Shown: positions 21,938 to 32,654 of the stretch, piece by piece
Layout: each line of letters begins with the position of its first letter
Position numbering within the stretch: the stretch's first letter is position 1
Origin: Syntrophobacterales bacterium
GTDB lineage: Bacteria > Desulfobacterota > Syntrophia > Syntrophales > UBA5619
Assembly (NCBI GenBank): GCA_019429105.1
Contig: JAHYJE010000005.1
Span: 1,175-65,174 of the forward strand
Direction: 5' to 3'
DNA: 64,000 bases
Notes under the pieces: model-generated
The model's database searches: none
Seen by the model: only the letters and a program-made list of their open reading frames with translations
What the model was told of the DNA's origin: nothing
Made by a program: the position numbers and the translations under genes

Positions 21938-22302
21938 AAGGCCAGATCGAAGGCATTTTTGATAAGCTCGAACGTCGTCCCGGTGGGGAGGATTTTTACC
22001 GCGACGACGTCAAATCTGGCGTTGCGGCTGTGCTGGTGTTTTTCTTCGATATAATTGAGCGCGACCATCGAAATTTTTTTCTGCTTCCTGGCGCCAACCG
22101 CCAGTTGAGGATCGCCGTAGGCAATGGAACGTCTGCTCTTTACCTCAATAAAAACGATGCTGCCGCCTTCTTCGGCGACAATATCGATTTCGCCGAAAAT
22201 ACACCGGTAATTTCTCTCAATGATCCGGTATCCGACCTTCGCAAGGTAAACGGCCGCCAGTTCTTCGCCCCTTTTCCCCACACCCAACCGAGCAAAAGTC
22301 AT
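21934..22302 (-). CDS. yraN: YraN family endonuclease-like protein (UPF0102)
   Basis: It has GEELAAVYL...YRCIFGEIDIVAEEGGSIVFIEVKSR, the YraN signature. The start is set at the ATG at 22302, downstream of the rnhB stop. Confidence 0.8.
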   Translation of the reverse strand: MTFARLGVGKRGEELAAVYLAKVGYRIIERNYRCIFGEIDIVAEEGGSIVFIEVKSRRSIAYGDPQLAVGARKQKKISMVALNYIEEKHQHSRNARFDVVAVKILPTGTTFELIKNAFDLAF

Positions 22303-22333
22303 GGCAAATCCCCGTCTGAAAAAGGAGCAACCA

Positions 22334-22972
22334 TCACAGCAGGCTGCCGCTTGCAACAAGATCGTCAACCCCTGCGACATGAAAAGAGCGCCGATGAATC
22401 TTGCATCGCCCGTATTTAACGATTGCCTCCCGGTGCTCTTTTGTTCCGTATCCCTTGTTTTTAAGAAAATTATAGGCGGGGAACTGACGGTGGTACATCT
22501 CCATCAGCCGGTCTCGAGAGACCTTGGCAATAATCGAGGCCGCTGCTATTGAAATACTGAGAGAATCACCGCGCACGATGGCTTCCTGAGGGATATCCAG
22601 AACAATGCCGTTCAAACCGTCTATCAGCAGATAATCAGGGCGGGGGCAAAGGCCGCAAACGGCCTCTTTCATAGCGAGCAGAGTCGCCCGCAGTATGTTG
22701 AGGGAATCTATGACCTGCACGTCCGAAACGCCGACGCCAATGGCAACCGCGTCTCTTTGTATTACCTCATAAAGTCTTTCGCGCCTTTTGGCGGAAAGCT
22801 TCTTGGAGTCGTTTATCTCGGGATGTTCATACCCCTGCGGCAGTACTACCGCGGCGGCGACAACCGGACCCGCCAGAGGCCCGCGGCCCGCTTCGTCGAT
22901 ACCGGCAATAGCGCAAAAGCCCCGCCCGCCGGCGCGGCGCTCAAAGCTGCCCATCTCCGGGTTCCTGGCCAT
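22334..22972 (-). CDS. rnhB: ribonuclease HII
   Basis: It has the motifs IAGIDEAGRGPLAGPVV, DSKKLS and ASIIAKVSRD. Confidence 0.9.
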   Translation of the reverse strand: MARNPEMGSFERRAGGRGFCAIAGIDEAGRGPLAGPVVAAAVVLPQGYEHPEINDSKKLSAKRRERLYEVIQRDAVAIGVGVSDVQVIDSLNILRATLLAMKEAVCGLCPRPDYLLIDGLNGIVLDIPQEAIVRGDSLSISIAAASIIAKVSRDRLMEMYHRQFPAYNFLKNKGYGTKEHREAIVKYGRCKIHRRSFHVAGVDDLVASGSLL

Positions 22973-23012
22973 TTAACAAGCCCCCCAACAGAAACCTCTT
23001 GCAAAAAACTCC

Positions 23013-23357
23013 CTATTTTTCGGCTTCCTTGATCTTGGCGCGCTTGCCCCTCAGGCTCCTCAGATAATAAAGTCGGGAACGCCGAACCTTGCCCCGGGAG
23101 ATCACCTCAACATGATCTATGGAGGGAGAATGCATCGGGAAGGTCTTTTCCACGCCGATGCCATAAGAAACCTTCCTGACAGTGAAACTCGCGCGAATGT
23201 CCCCGCGGCGGCGACGGATAACGGCGCCTTCAAAAGCCTGAATACGCTGCTTCTGCCCCTCGACGATGCGGATAAAAACCTTTACCGTATCACCGGTACT
23301 GAAATCGGGGATATCCCCCCTCATCTGCTCTTTTTCTATGAATTCAATAGGATTCAT
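23013..23357 (-). CDS. rplS: 50S ribosomal protein L19
   Basis: It has the motifs FSTGDTVKV and [13 protein letters not shown]. Confidence 0.95.
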   Translation of the reverse strand: MNPIEFIEKEQMRGDIPDFSTGDTVKVFIRIVEGQKQRIQAFEGAVIRRRRGDIRASFTVRKVSYGIGVEKTFPMHSPSIDHVEVISRGKVRRSRLYYLRSLRGKRAKIKEAEK

Positions 23358-23450
23358 CTTCTTTTCGCTCCTTCAATCTTCCTCTGTGGTATTTTTGGTT
23401 ATAGCGTCTGCCTCGTATATCATGGCTTGACATCATCATTTAAATAATCT

Positions 23451-24170
23451 CTATTTTGCTAAGTGCAACCTCTCTTTGTCCGTCAACTCGGCCTTTCCCA
23501 GCAAATCAGGCCGTTTGTTTCTTGTTCTGATCAATGACTGACTGCGCCGCCACTCCTCAATCTCACGGTGGTTTCCGGAGAGAAGCACATCAGGAACTCT
23601 CCAGCCGCGATACTCCGGCGGCCTCGTGTAATGAGGGTATTCAAGCAAACCCTCCGCAAAAGAATCGGTCACGGCGGATTCACTGTTTCCCAGAACGCCC
23701 GGCACAAACCGCGAAACGGCGTCCAGCAGAACCAGCGCCGAAAGCTCACCGCCAGTAAGCACGTAATCCCCGATGGAAATTTCCCGATTAACGAGGTGCC
23801 TTCTTACCCTCTCGTCAACCCCCTCATAATGACCGCAGACCATGACGAGCTGCGGCTGGCGGGCGAGCTCTTGCGCCATCTTTTGACTAAGCGGCTCTCC
23901 CTGGGGCGTCAGCAGAATAACCGGCGCATCCTCATTCAATAACGGAACAGCGCTGAGGGCGCGGTCGATAGGCTCAACCTTCATCACCATTCCCCCCCCG
24001 CCGCCGTAAGGGGAGTCATCCGTCATGCGATGTCTGTCTTCGGCATAAGCCCGGATGTCGTACAGATTAACCTCAATAATGCCCCTGTCAATGGCCTTCT
24101 TCAGGATGCTGCTCTCGAGGGGGGATGCAAACATCTCCGGAAAGATTGTCAGAATATCAAAACGGATCAT
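23451..24170 (-). CDS. trmD: tRNA (guanine37-N1)-methyltransferase
   Basis: The product starts [14 protein letters not shown] and contains [11 protein letters not shown] and [11 protein letters not shown]. Confidence 0.95.
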   Translation of the reverse strand: MIRFDILTIFPEMFASPLESSILKKAIDRGIIEVNLYDIRAYAEDRHRMTDDSPYGGGGGMVMKVEPIDRALSAVPLLNEDAPVILLTPQGEPLSQKMAQELARQPQLVMVCGHYEGVDERVRRHLVNREISIGDYVLTGGELSALVLLDAVSRFVPGVLGNSESAVTDSFAEGLLEYPHYTRPPEYRGWRVPDVLLSGNHREIEEWRRSQSLIRTRNKRPDLLGKAELTDKERLHLAK

Positions 24171-24676
24171 TGCTCAAAGAACCCTTCCGGCAATCTGACA
24201 ACCATGACCCGGCGCTCAACATCGATCGTTATTATAACCTCGGCCATGGCGGGAATCAGCAGCTCCCGCTGCTCATCCCTGCACACATAGACATCATTGC
24301 TACCCGTCGGAAACACCGTTTCAATACGTCCCAACAGCTCGTTTTCCTCTGTAAATGCCTGCATGCCTATAATATCCTGCCAGTAATACTCATCCTCTTG
24401 CAGCGGTTTCATCTTTTCGGCAGACATCCAGACTATGAGCCCCCGGAGCTTTTCGGCCTCATTGCGGTCATCTATCCCGGCGAGTTTCATGATGAAGAAA
24501 CCCTCCCCGTTCTGAATGCCGCCCAGAGGATAAGCGACGACCGCGGCCGGGCTCTTTCCCAAAAACAAATCGGAAACAGATTCCAGCACATCCGGCGCTT
24601 GCAGATATGACAAGACCTTGATCCGTCCCCCCAAACCATGGGAACGGACAACCTTGCCTATTTCAATGAGCTTCAT
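24167..24676 (-). CDS. rimM: 16S rRNA processing protein RimM
   Basis: It has [12 protein letters not shown] near the N-terminus and a PRC barrel C-terminus. Its stop overlaps the trmD start. Confidence 0.9.
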   Translation of the reverse strand: MKLIEIGKVVRSHGLGGRIKVLSYLQAPDVLESVSDLFLGKSPAAVVAYPLGGIQNGEGFFIMKLAGIDDRNEAEKLRGLIVWMSAEKMKPLQEDEYYWQDIIGMQAFTEENELLGRIETVFPTGSNDVYVCRDEQRELLIPAMAEVIITIDVERRVMVVRLPEGFFEQ

Positions 24677-24699
24677 GGCTGCTATTCAATTAATTGTCA

Positions 24700-24930
24700 C
24701 TATTCAACAATTTCCAGAACCGAACGTTTGTGTATCTTCGTTGAGGCGGCGCTTAAGATGGTCCTCATCGCCTTGGCGGTCTTCCCCTGTTTGCCAATGA
24801 CTTTACCAAGATCTTCTTTGGAGACTCTCAATTCCAGAACGGAAGTCTGTTCCCCGACAACCTCTGTAACATTAACCATCTCAGGGTTATCCACAAGAGC
24901 GCGAGCAATATAAGCAATCAACTCTTTCAT
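24700..24930 (-). CDS. KH domain RNA-binding protein (YlqC/UPF0109 family)
   Basis: It has the [20 protein letters not shown] motif and sits in the conserved position between rpsP and rimM. Confidence 0.85.
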   Translation of the reverse strand: MKELIAYIARALVDNPEMVNVTEVVGEQTSVLELRVSKEDLGKVIGKQGKTAKAMRTILSAASTKIHKRSVLEIVE

Positions 24931-24958
24931 CGCCTTTAGCCTCCCTCGTCACAAAAAA

Positions 24959-25204
24959 CTAAACACCGATCCCCTTTTTGCGGAGCAGTTGAGACACCGT
25001 AAGCGTTGGTCTGGCGCCAACCGCAATCCACTGTTTGATGCGCTCCTCTTTTAAAACCACCTCGGCAGGATTTTTGTTCGGGTCATAATTGCCCAATATT
25101 TCAAGAAATTCTCCGTCCCTCGGGCATTGCGAGTCCGCAGCCACCACCCTGTAGATCGGCTTCCCCTTGCTGCCTTTTCTTGTCAATCTGATTTTTACCG
25201 CCAT
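24959..25204 (-). CDS. rpsP: 30S ribosomal protein S16
   Basis: The product starts MAVKIRLTRKGSKGKPIYRVVAADS. Confidence 0.95.
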   Translation of the reverse strand: MAVKIRLTRKGSKGKPIYRVVAADSQCPRDGEFLEILGNYDPNKNPAEVVLKEERIKQWIAVGARPTLTVSQLLRKKGIGV

Positions 25205-25273
25205 ATACCTTAACTGCCACCTCCTAAAATTATTCTTAAACGAGCTGGGACGAATATCATATTTTTTTTTAGA

Positions 25274-26605
25274 TTAAAAGGGAAAATTTCCCCTGCGCAG
25301 TGATTTTATTCCTCCCTTGGTAAACCGCTTCATTAATTTTCTCATTTCCACATAATTTTTCAGCAGCGTGTTGACATCCTGAACCGTTGTACCGCTGCCG
25401 CGGGCAATCCGCTTGCGCCGGCTGCCGTCGATAATCAGGTAATTTCTCCGCTCCCGCGGCGTCATTGAATCAATGATCGCCCCTGTCCTAACGAGCTCGC
25501 GCTCGTCGGGCTTGAGATCCTTCAGCGCCTTTACCTTATTCATTCCCGGCAGCATCCCGATGACATCCTGCAGAGGCCCCATCTTGCTTATCTGCTTCAT
25601 CTGCGTCCGCAGATCATCGAGGGTAAACTCGTTTTTCCGGAGCTTTTTTTCCAGCTCCCGCTGCTGTTTTACGTCAACCGCCTCCCGGGCCTTCTCCACC
25701 AGGGTCAAGACATCGCCCATTCCCAGAATCCGGGAAGCCATTCTTTCGGGATGAAACACCTCCAGGGCGTCTATCTTCTCCCCCGCGCCGACAAACTTGA
25801 TCGGCTTGCCGATAACTGCCTTGAGGGAAAGGGCCGCGCCGCCGCGAGCATCCCCATCCATCTTTGTCATTATAACGCCGTCAATCCCGAGCAGTTCATC
25901 GAAACGCCCCGCAACATTGACGGCATCCTGACCGGTCATCGCATCCGCTACAAAAAGGATCTCGGTCGGATTGATTAAAGATTTGATCTTCTTTAACTCC
26001 TCCATCATCGGGACATCTATCGCCAACCTCCCGGCTGTATCAACGATGATTACCTCATAGCCGCCGCTCCTTGCCTCCTCGACGGCCAGCCTGCAAATCT
26101 CCACCGGATCGGCGAGCCCGGCCGCATCGAAAATGCCCGCGCCGATTTGCTCGCCGAGCACCTTCAACTGCTCCATGGCGGCAGGCCGGTAAACATCGGC
26201 GGAGACCAGATAGACCCGCTTGCCGCCGGCGGCAACAAGCCTGGCCAGCTTGACCGCCGTTGTTGTTTTCCCGCATCCCTGGAGCCCCACCAGCATGATC
26301 GGCGCGGGAATGCGGCCTCCGAACCTGATCTGGCTGCTGGTTGTGCCCATCAGCTCGATGAGCCGCTCATGAACGATCTTTACCACCTGCTGGCCAGGGG
26401 TGATGCTCTCAATCACCTCCTGCCCTACTGCCCGCTTTTTTACTTCCTCAATAAAATCACGGACAACCCGGAAATTTACGTCTGCCTCTAAAAGCGCGAT
26501 CCTTATTTCCTTCAGAGCCGCCTGGATATTTTCTTCATCCAGACGTCCCTTGCCCTTCAGTTTACGAAAAATGACGTCAAGTTTATCGGACAGATTCTCA
26601 AACAT
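25274..26605 (-). CDS. ffh: signal recognition particle protein Ffh
   Basis: The product starts MFENLSDKL, has the GLQGCGKTTT P-loop and DTAGRL, and has a Met-rich M domain. The start is set at the ATG at 26605. Confidence 0.95.
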   Translation of the reverse strand: MFENLSDKLDVIFRKLKGKGRLDEENIQAALKEIRIALLEADVNFRVVRDFIEEVKKRAVGQEVIESITPGQQVVKIVHERLIELMGTTSSQIRFGGRIPAPIMLVGLQGCGKTTTAVKLARLVAAGGKRVYLVSADVYRPAAMEQLKVLGEQIGAGIFDAAGLADPVEICRLAVEEARSGGYEVIIVDTAGRLAIDVPMMEELKKIKSLINPTEILFVADAMTGQDAVNVAGRFDELLGIDGVIMTKMDGDARGGAALSLKAVIGKPIKFVGAGEKIDALEVFHPERMASRILGMGDVLTLVEKAREAVDVKQQRELEKKLRKNEFTLDDLRTQMKQISKMGPLQDVIGMLPGMNKVKALKDLKPDERELVRTGAIIDSMTPRERRNYLIIDGSRRKRIARGSGTTVQDVNTLLKNYVEMRKLMKRFTKGGIKSLRRGNFPF

Positions 26606-26616
26606 TTTAATCCCTT

Positions 26617-27444
26617 CTAAGCCCCGCCGCCCTTGTTGCGACGGATAATGCATTGCACGCCCTTTATTTTCTGGGTAATTCGCGCCGCGGCGCTCTCTGC
26701 CTTTTGCCTGTCTTCAAAGCCAACGGCAATAACCCGAAACCATCTCCCTTTACCCGGGAGATCCTTCGGCGTGATCGTTGTGGAAAAGCCAACTGATATC
26801 AGCCTTTTCTCCATTTTTTTTGCCTGGGTTACATCCCTGTACGCCGCCACCTGCACCTGAAAGCTGCCCTTCTTTTGCGTTTCATCGGCAGCGGCGGCGC
26901 CGGGCAAAGGTGGTACAGCAGGCGCCTCTGAAAACGTTTTTTGCCCAGGCAAAACGGTCTTATCAGCTTCCCTGCCAGTAACAGGATTCGCTGGGCCGGG
27001 ATTTGGCGGAGCGACTTTCCTCACAACATCTCCGGCAGCCGTATCTGTGGATAATGAATGGTTTTGGGCGGCTGAAGGGGTGGTCTTTTCATCGCGGAGG
27101 CTATCGCTTTCGGTAATCCCCTTGCTGCTCTTTTTTTCGCCCAATGTCCTGTAAAAGGTCAGATCGAAATCCTCTTCCCCAGTTGCAGTCCCGCCCTGTA
27201 CCCTCTGTCCATCGGGCAACGGCATCTCCTGCTTTTGCGGGGCCATGGCCAGACCGGAAAAGCGACCCCTCACTAAATCAACGAGGCCGCCGGGATACCG
27301 ATCCGGATAGGCGTCCAAGTGCTTCCCGACAAGCATCCCCAAAAGAAAGATGGAGAACAGCAGCACAGACATGCCGCTGACAAACAGAATCAACCCCGGT
27401 TTGCCCAGTTTCAATTCTAACGTGCGCCTGTTTTTCGCAACCAT
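26617..27444 (-). CDS. SPOR domain-containing membrane-anchored protein
   Basis: It has an N-terminal transmembrane segment (LILFVSGMSVLLFSIFLLGMLV), a Pro/Ala-rich linker, and a C-terminal SPOR-like FQVQVAAYRD...RWFRVIAVGF. Confidence 0.75.
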   Translation of the reverse strand: MVAKNRRTLELKLGKPGLILFVSGMSVLLFSIFLLGMLVGKHLDAYPDRYPGGLVDLVRGRFSGLAMAPQKQEMPLPDGQRVQGGTATGEEDFDLTFYRTLGEKKSSKGITESDSLRDEKTTPSAAQNHSLSTDTAAGDVVRKVAPPNPGPANPVTGREADKTVLPGQKTFSEAPAVPPLPGAAAADETQKKGSFQVQVAAYRDVTQAKKMEKRLISVGFSTTITPKDLPGKGRWFRVIAVGFEDRQKAESAAARITQKIKGVQCIIRRNKGGGA

Positions 27445-27457
27445 TGGCGAGGTCCCG

Positions 27458-29122
27458 TCACATCTTTTCCGGGGCGGAAACGCCCAGTATTTTGAGTGCA
27501 TTCCTTAAAACAACAAGCAGCGAATGCACCAGAAACAACCTTGCGCCCGAAAGGGCAAGGTCCTCCGACAATACCTTGTTCTTATTGTAGTAACTGTGAA
27601 AGGACGCTGCCAGGTCGTTCAGGTAGAAAGTCAGACGATGCGGCTCCAGCGACTCAGCCGCCCCCACGATTAACCCCGGGAAGCGGATAATCGCCTTGAT
27701 GAGCTCTATTTCATCCGGAAGCTGCAGCAGCGCCGGTTCGACTTCCGCCAGCATGGGCACGTTGAATCCCTTTTCCTCCGCCATTTTCAGGATGCTGCAG
27801 ATCCGCGCGTGGGCGTACTGGACATAATAGACAGGGTTTTCAATGGACTGCTTTTTTGCCACCTCCAGATCGAAATCGAGGTGGCTATCGGAGCGTCGCA
27901 TCAGAAAGTTGTAACGAGCCGCATCCCGGCCGACTTCGTCCACAACCTCGCGGAGGGTGACAAACTCCCCGGAACGCGTTGACATCGCCACCGGCTTTCC
28001 GTCCCTAAGCAGATTGACAAGTTGCACGAGGATTACCTGCAGCGACTCCTTGTCATATCCCAGCGCCTGGACGGCGGCGGACATCCGGGGGATGTAGCCG
28101 TGATGATCCGCGCCCCAGATATCGATTATCCTTTCAAAACCCCTGAGGAATTTATTCTGGTGATAGGCAATATCGGCGGCGAAGTAGGTCGGAAGGCCGT
28201 TTTGACGGATCACCACCCGATCCTTTTCATCCCCGAAGAGTGTTGTTTTGAACCAGACAGTCCCCTCTTCCCGGTAGATAATACCTTTATCTTCAAGGGA
28301 TTGGAGAAGTTTTTCCACGCACTCATTTTTGTAGAGCTCCCTTTCGCTGAAGTAGCCGTCGAAGGAGACGCCGAACAAGCTCAGGTCCTCCTTAATCCCC
28401 TCCAGGATCGCCCCGGCCGCATAAGCGGTGAACTCGGGAACAACATCCGCCTCATCCCTGTCAAGGTGGACATCTTTGTCTTTCTTCATTATTTCCGCGG
28501 CAATATCCTTAATGTAGTCACCCTGATAGAGCCCTTCAACCAGCTCCACCTGCCGCCCCTGCAGCTCCTGATAACGCCGAAAAACCGATTTTCCCAGGTT
28601 GTTCATCTGGTTGCCCGCGTCATTGACGTAATACTCACGAAAGACGTCAAATCCGGCGGCGGCCAGAATATTGGCAACGACATCGCCGACGACGGCGCCC
28701 CGGGCATGGCCGATATGCAGGGGCCCGGTCGGATTGGCGCTGACAAACTCCACCTGCACCTTCTTCCCGCCTCCGACGGTTGATTGCCCATAGGCATCGC
28801 CCGAGCGCTCCACATCGGCAAGCAGGGATGCCCAGACGCCTTCCCGGATGGTGAAATTGAGAAATCCCGGGCCGGCGATTTCCACCTTCTTCAGGATGTT
28901 TTCGTCATCGGCAATTCCGTCAACAATTATCCGGGCGATCTCGCGGGGATTTTTTCGTGCCTGCGCTGCCATTATCATCGCTACGTTGGAGGCGTAATCC
29001 CCATGCTTTGGATCTTTGGCATGTTCCAGTTCGATACCGCCCGCTTCCAAATCAGGCATAAGCCCCGCCGCCGCGGCCTTATGAACCGCTCTTTCCAGCA
29101 GGACGACTATTTTATTTTTCAT
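27458..29122 (-). CDS. argS: arginine--tRNA ligase
   Basis: It has [15 protein letters not shown] (HIGH motif) and a C-terminal anticodon-binding domain ending in EKM. The product is 554 aa. Confidence 0.95.
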   Translation of the reverse strand: MKNKIVVLLERAVHKAAAAGLMPDLEAGGIELEHAKDPKHGDYASNVAMIMAAQARKNPREIARIIVDGIADDENILKKVEIAGPGFLNFTIREGVWASLLADVERSGDAYGQSTVGGGKKVQVEFVSANPTGPLHIGHARGAVVGDVVANILAAAGFDVFREYYVNDAGNQMNNLGKSVFRRYQELQGRQVELVEGLYQGDYIKDIAAEIMKKDKDVHLDRDEADVVPEFTAYAAGAILEGIKEDLSLFGVSFDGYFSERELYKNECVEKLLQSLEDKGIIYREEGTVWFKTTLFGDEKDRVVIRQNGLPTYFAADIAYHQNKFLRGFERIIDIWGADHHGYIPRMSAAVQALGYDKESLQVILVQLVNLLRDGKPVAMSTRSGEFVTLREVVDEVGRDAARYNFLMRRSDSHLDFDLEVAKKQSIENPVYYVQYAHARICSILKMAEEKGFNVPMLAEVEPALLQLPDEIELIKAIIRFPGLIVGAAESLEPHRLTFYLNDLAASFHSYYNKNKVLSEDLALSGARLFLVHSLLVVLRNALKILGVSAPEKM

Positions 29123-29230
29123 GCAAAACAGCTCCTTAAAAATGCCGATTAATATTCTACAATTAGAAAAAGGTCGTCCGCAAGGCCAACCTGAAGAATC
29201 CCGAAAGCGAGGTATAGCGGTTTTGTCTTT

Positions 29231-29404
29231 CTATCCCTCCTGCCAGTTCTTTTCCGCAGACTCAACATCCTTATCCCTTATTGAAACGTCCCGTGTGAAA
29301 TCGGGACAGCGGACGTTGCCGGTGGAATCGGTAAAAATGCTGAATTTCTTCTGACAGTCTCTTCTCCATGCACATATTGAGCAGTACTTCTTGGCTGTTG
29401 ACAT
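29231..29404 (-). CDS. small four-cysteine protein, hypothetical
   Basis: The ATG at 29404 follows a strong GGGGGAGGGG Shine-Dalgarno site. The product starts MSTAKKYCSICAWRRDCQKKF and contains VRCPDF, a CxxC...C...C pattern. The function is unknown. Confidence 0.5.
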   Translation of the reverse strand: MSTAKKYCSICAWRRDCQKKFSIFTDSTGNVRCPDFTRDVSIRDKDVESAEKNWQEG

Positions 29405-29689
29405 ATTGCCCCTCCCCCGCAAACCGCTTCTGCTGTAACAGTTTGCGCTTGTTTATCTTGGCACGCCTTCGAAGTCAAGAAAATTGACGTCCCGGACCAA
29501 CTTGCCGAAGGAGATGCGGGGGGAATTTCCAAGGTTATTCGCAAACAGCTTTTCACAATGATTATACCCTGCCTCATCCGGATTATTTCATCCCTATCCC
29601 AGTTCCATAAAAGGGTTCCGGAGCAGCGTTCTTTAAGTCTTGACAACCGGCTCAGGTTTGGATTAGACAAGAAAAAAGGGGTATTTACA

Positions 29690-30250
29690 ATGAAAAAACT
29701 GATCGCACTATTTGCTGTCCTTCTGCTTTCTTCACTGTTTCCATCCGCCGTTCATTCGACCTATTTGCTCCACCTCGAAAACGGGGGGCAATTTACAACT
29801 CCGCATTACTGGGAGGAGGGCGGCAATATCATCTTCTTCTACGTCCCCGGAGGATTGATGGGGATAGAAAAAAGAACAGTCATGAAAATAGATACGTTAG
29901 CGCCCCGGCGAGAGACAGGCTCGGCTATAGTCGCCGCCCCCCCCGTTTCCCTCCCTGAAACGTCGCAAAAAACACCCGCAATGGGATCAAAAGCGCCGAC
30001 GCCTCCCCTCGCTCGACAAAGGAATCCGGAAGAAAGCGCAGTCATGAGGGAATTCAACCTGCTCAAGGAGCGTATGGCGGCTGCGGCGACGATGACGACT
30101 GAAGAACTTTACGCCTTTGAAAAGGAGTTGACCGCCTTCCGAAACAAGATTCTTGCCGCGCGCCTGGGGCATCTCTACTCGGACCAGCTTCTCGAAACGG
30201 CGAATATGGGAGGCAAGGTGGAAGAACTTTTGAAGGCCAAAGCTCAATAG
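29690..30250 (+). CDS. secreted hypothetical protein (signal peptide, Pro-rich linker, helical C-terminus)
   Basis: The product starts MKKLIALFAVLLLSSLFPSAVHS, a signal peptide. An AAAAGGGG Shine-Dalgarno-like site lies upstream. I recognise no family. Confidence 0.55.
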   Translation: MKKLIALFAVLLLSSLFPSAVHSTYLLHLENGGQFTTPHYWEEGGNIIFFYVPGGLMGIEKRTVMKIDTLAPRRETGSAIVAAPPVSLPETSQKTPAMGSKAPTPPLARQRNPEESAVMREFNLLKERMAAAATMTTEELYAFEKELTAFRNKILAARLGHLYSDQLLETANMGGKVEELLKAKAQ

Positions 30251-31566
30251 TATTCTTTCCAGCTGATAATCCGGAGTGACTGGTTCTTCAAGGCATTGTC
30301 CACCATGCAACTGTCGTATTGAATGTCCAGCCCGCCGTTGATCGCCACCGTCTGGTTGGCCAGCACCGCCCCCCGGATATTGACGCCCGAACCGCCGCCA
30401 TTGAAGGTCATGACGCCCGTAGATAAAACGAGCCCATACCAGACAAACCCCCCACCCAGTTCCAGGTCCCCATCCACAAGAAGAACCCCGTAGCCAACCA
30501 CGTTCTGCAGTTTCAAACCCTGAACATTGTAAGGATTGGCAGTATTCGAATAAACGGTTACATAATTAGCAGAGCTCCCATAAGTCGCTCCGTTGGTATC
30601 GGAGGTGATAAAAGTGCTGGCTGAACCTTTCAGTTCGCTCACATAGCCTGCGATATCAATGTCGAGCGTCCCCTGCTGAGGCCCGGGCGGATCGGGAATC
30701 AGGGGGGGGCTGCCGTTGGGGTTTGTCACGGAGGGCACCCTCGTGTAGGTGGGCGGCTTGGCGGCGGCAGCCCCGCAGTTATCGGTTCCGCTGACAACCA
30801 TAGACGATCCGTTCCCGGTAATATCGCCCTTGGCATAGATGGCGGCCGCCACCACGGGACCGGGGTTATGGACGACTTCCGCCCTGATTCTTTTCAGGGA
30901 AGTCCCATTTTTCCCGTATCCGGTGATAATTTCCACCGGCCTGTGCCCCGTCGCGGCTGCCGACGTAAACTGGAGCGCCGCGGTCGGCGTGGCCGCATTG
31001 CCATATCCCCAATAAATTATATTGCCCGGCGCTGCCGCGGTGGAGTGCATGCCCGTATTGCCGTCGTTATCGTAATAATGAGACGAATACACCGGCTTGT
31101 GGCCTGCCAGCTCGGCATCATATTCCGTCTTGTGCCTGATTTTCACAAGGTAGGAAATGGCTGACTGGAGACTGTTCGCCGTAATGGCGGTATTGGTGTG
31201 CGAAGCGGAGGTGGGTATGTAGTTCTGATAGCTGGCGCTGTAGTCTGCATCATCGGAGAACTGCCAGGAACTTGATGTAAAGATGTAGGAGGACCAAAGC
31301 GAAGCAGGCGTCGTGGCCGGGTCCCCTGCATAACTGTCAGCCGTGGATATCCCCCGCAATCGCTCTATAGCCTCGGCGATCCCGGCTTCCGCCGCATAAA
31401 AGGCCTGCACCCCCGTCTTTTGATTGCCGGCGATCTTCAAATCCGTAGTCGAGTTCTGGACGGCGACACTGCCCAGCAGCACGAGGATTACCACCATCAT
31501 CAGGGTAACGACCAGAACCATACCCCTTTCGTTTCCGATCATCATCTGCGAATTCTGCTTCATCAT
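30244..31566 (-). CDS. PilX-like type IV pilus minor component (large, 440 aa)
   Basis: It has a PilX N-terminal domain pattern (RGMVLVVTLMMVVILVLLGSVAV...KIAGNQK...AFYAAEAGI) and a Gly-rich C-terminal region. It is the last gene of the minor-pilin operon. Confidence 0.65.
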   Translation of the reverse strand: MMKQNSQMMIGNERGMVLVVTLMMVVILVLLGSVAVQNSTTDLKIAGNQKTGVQAFYAAEAGIAEAIERLRGISTADSYAGDPATTPASLWSSYIFTSSSWQFSDDADYSASYQNYIPTSASHTNTAITANSLQSAISYLVKIRHKTEYDAELAGHKPVYSSHYYDNDGNTGMHSTAAAPGNIIYWGYGNAATPTAALQFTSAAATGHRPVEIITGYGKNGTSLKRIRAEVVHNPGPVVAAAIYAKGDITGNGSSMVVSGTDNCGAAAAKPPTYTRVPSVTNPNGSPPLIPDPPGPQQGTLDIDIAGYVSELKGSASTFITSDTNGATYGSSANYVTVYSNTANPYNVQGLKLQNVVGYGVLLVDGDLELGGGFVWYGLVLSTGVMTFNGGGSGVNIRGAVLANQTVAINGGLDIQYDSCMVDNALKNQSLRIISWKEYY

Positions 31567-31583
31567 TTCCTGTATCCTCCCTA

Positions 31584-32183
31584 TCAGAGGGCGATGTTTC
31601 TCAGCCTTACATCAGACGTCAGCTCATAGGTGCGGTAACCGCCATTGGCACTATAGGACGGATCGGGCAGGGCGGTCCTCCCTCTGATTGTTATCCTGAG
31701 CGCCGCCACATTTCCGTCAGCATCCAGCAGGGCCTGATAGGTAAATATCTCGATGTTTTCTGCAAACGGCTGGGGGCTGGCGCCGATGTTCCTTGTAATC
31801 CGCATGTTTGTGGAATCAAAGGCGTAGGTTATATATTCCTGCCCGGCAATGCCCGCGTTTCCGTCCAGATCAGCCCTGATCTCCAGTTGCGAACTGCTAA
31901 CGGCAACCCCGGTGAAAGCGACATTCGCGGGGTTGTAACCGGCCATTCTGACCTCGCGGGTCACCATCTCCATTGCAGCTCTTACATTCTGCTGCAGCTC
32001 GACAATTTGCTCCTGGTTTTTCAGAATTTTGTTCTGAACCTCAAAAACTCGATAAGAAGCGCTCAAAATGAGCAGTCCAATGGCCATAGCGATAATCAGT
32101 TCGATCAGCGTAAACCCGGACCGCCGGTCATCGCAAAAGACGTCTTTCCCGACCCTGTTTTTTTCAGAACGCAGCCTGTCCAT
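31584..32183 (-). CDS. PilW-like minor pilin (prepilin-type N-terminal cleavage/methylation domain)
   Basis: It has the G|FTLIELIIAMAIGLLIL class III signal. Confidence 0.7.
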   Translation of the reverse strand: MDRLRSEKNRVGKDVFCDDRRSGFTLIELIIAMAIGLLILSASYRVFEVQNKILKNQEQIVELQQNVRAAMEMVTREVRMAGYNPANVAFTGVAVSSSQLEIRADLDGNAGIAGQEYITYAFDSTNMRITRNIGASPQPFAENIEIFTYQALLDADGNVAALRITIRGRTALPDPSYSANGGYRTYELTSDVRLRNIAL

Positions 32184-32202
32184 TAACTGCCCCTCCGTCC
32201 AC

Positions 32203-32625
32203 TCATGCCCCGCCGCTTACAATGCAATTCACCGTGACATCGTGGGGACTTCCCTGCAAGGACCATCCGACGCTGACCACAAGCGTCTTCATACCGGCGG
32301 CAGGCGAATCGTCTGTCACGGTCCACGTCCTGGCATACATGGATTGAATCGTATCCGCCCCGGAAACCAGATCCGCATAGCCGGTGTTTTTGAGCGCTTC
32401 CATTTTATCCTGGGCAAGCGTGGTCGCAGTTGTCATCGTTCTTCCAAGAGAATCCGCCTTCACGACAATGACGGATGTGGAAAGAAGCCCCAGGAGGGCC
32501 ACAACAAGAATGAATATGGCAATTATGTTTTCAATCATGGTAAACCCCCGCTGTCCGACGGGTTTGTATGCCGAATTCATCTCATCTTTTCTAATATTCA
32601 TGTTTGCATTCCAATTTGCGCTCAT
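32203..32625 (-). CDS. PilV-like minor pilin
   Basis: It has the G|FTMIENIIAIFILVVALLGL prepilin motif. The product is 140 aa. Confidence 0.7.
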   Translation of the reverse strand: MSANWNANMNIRKDEMNSAYKPVGQRGFTMIENIIAIFILVVALLGLLSTSVIVVKADSLGRTMTTATTLAQDKMEALKNTGYADLVSGADTIQSMYARTWTVTDDSPAAGMKTLVVSVGWSLQGSPHDVTVNCIVSGGA

Positions 32626-32654
32626 ACACGCGCCTCCTGATCTCCCCTTTTACG

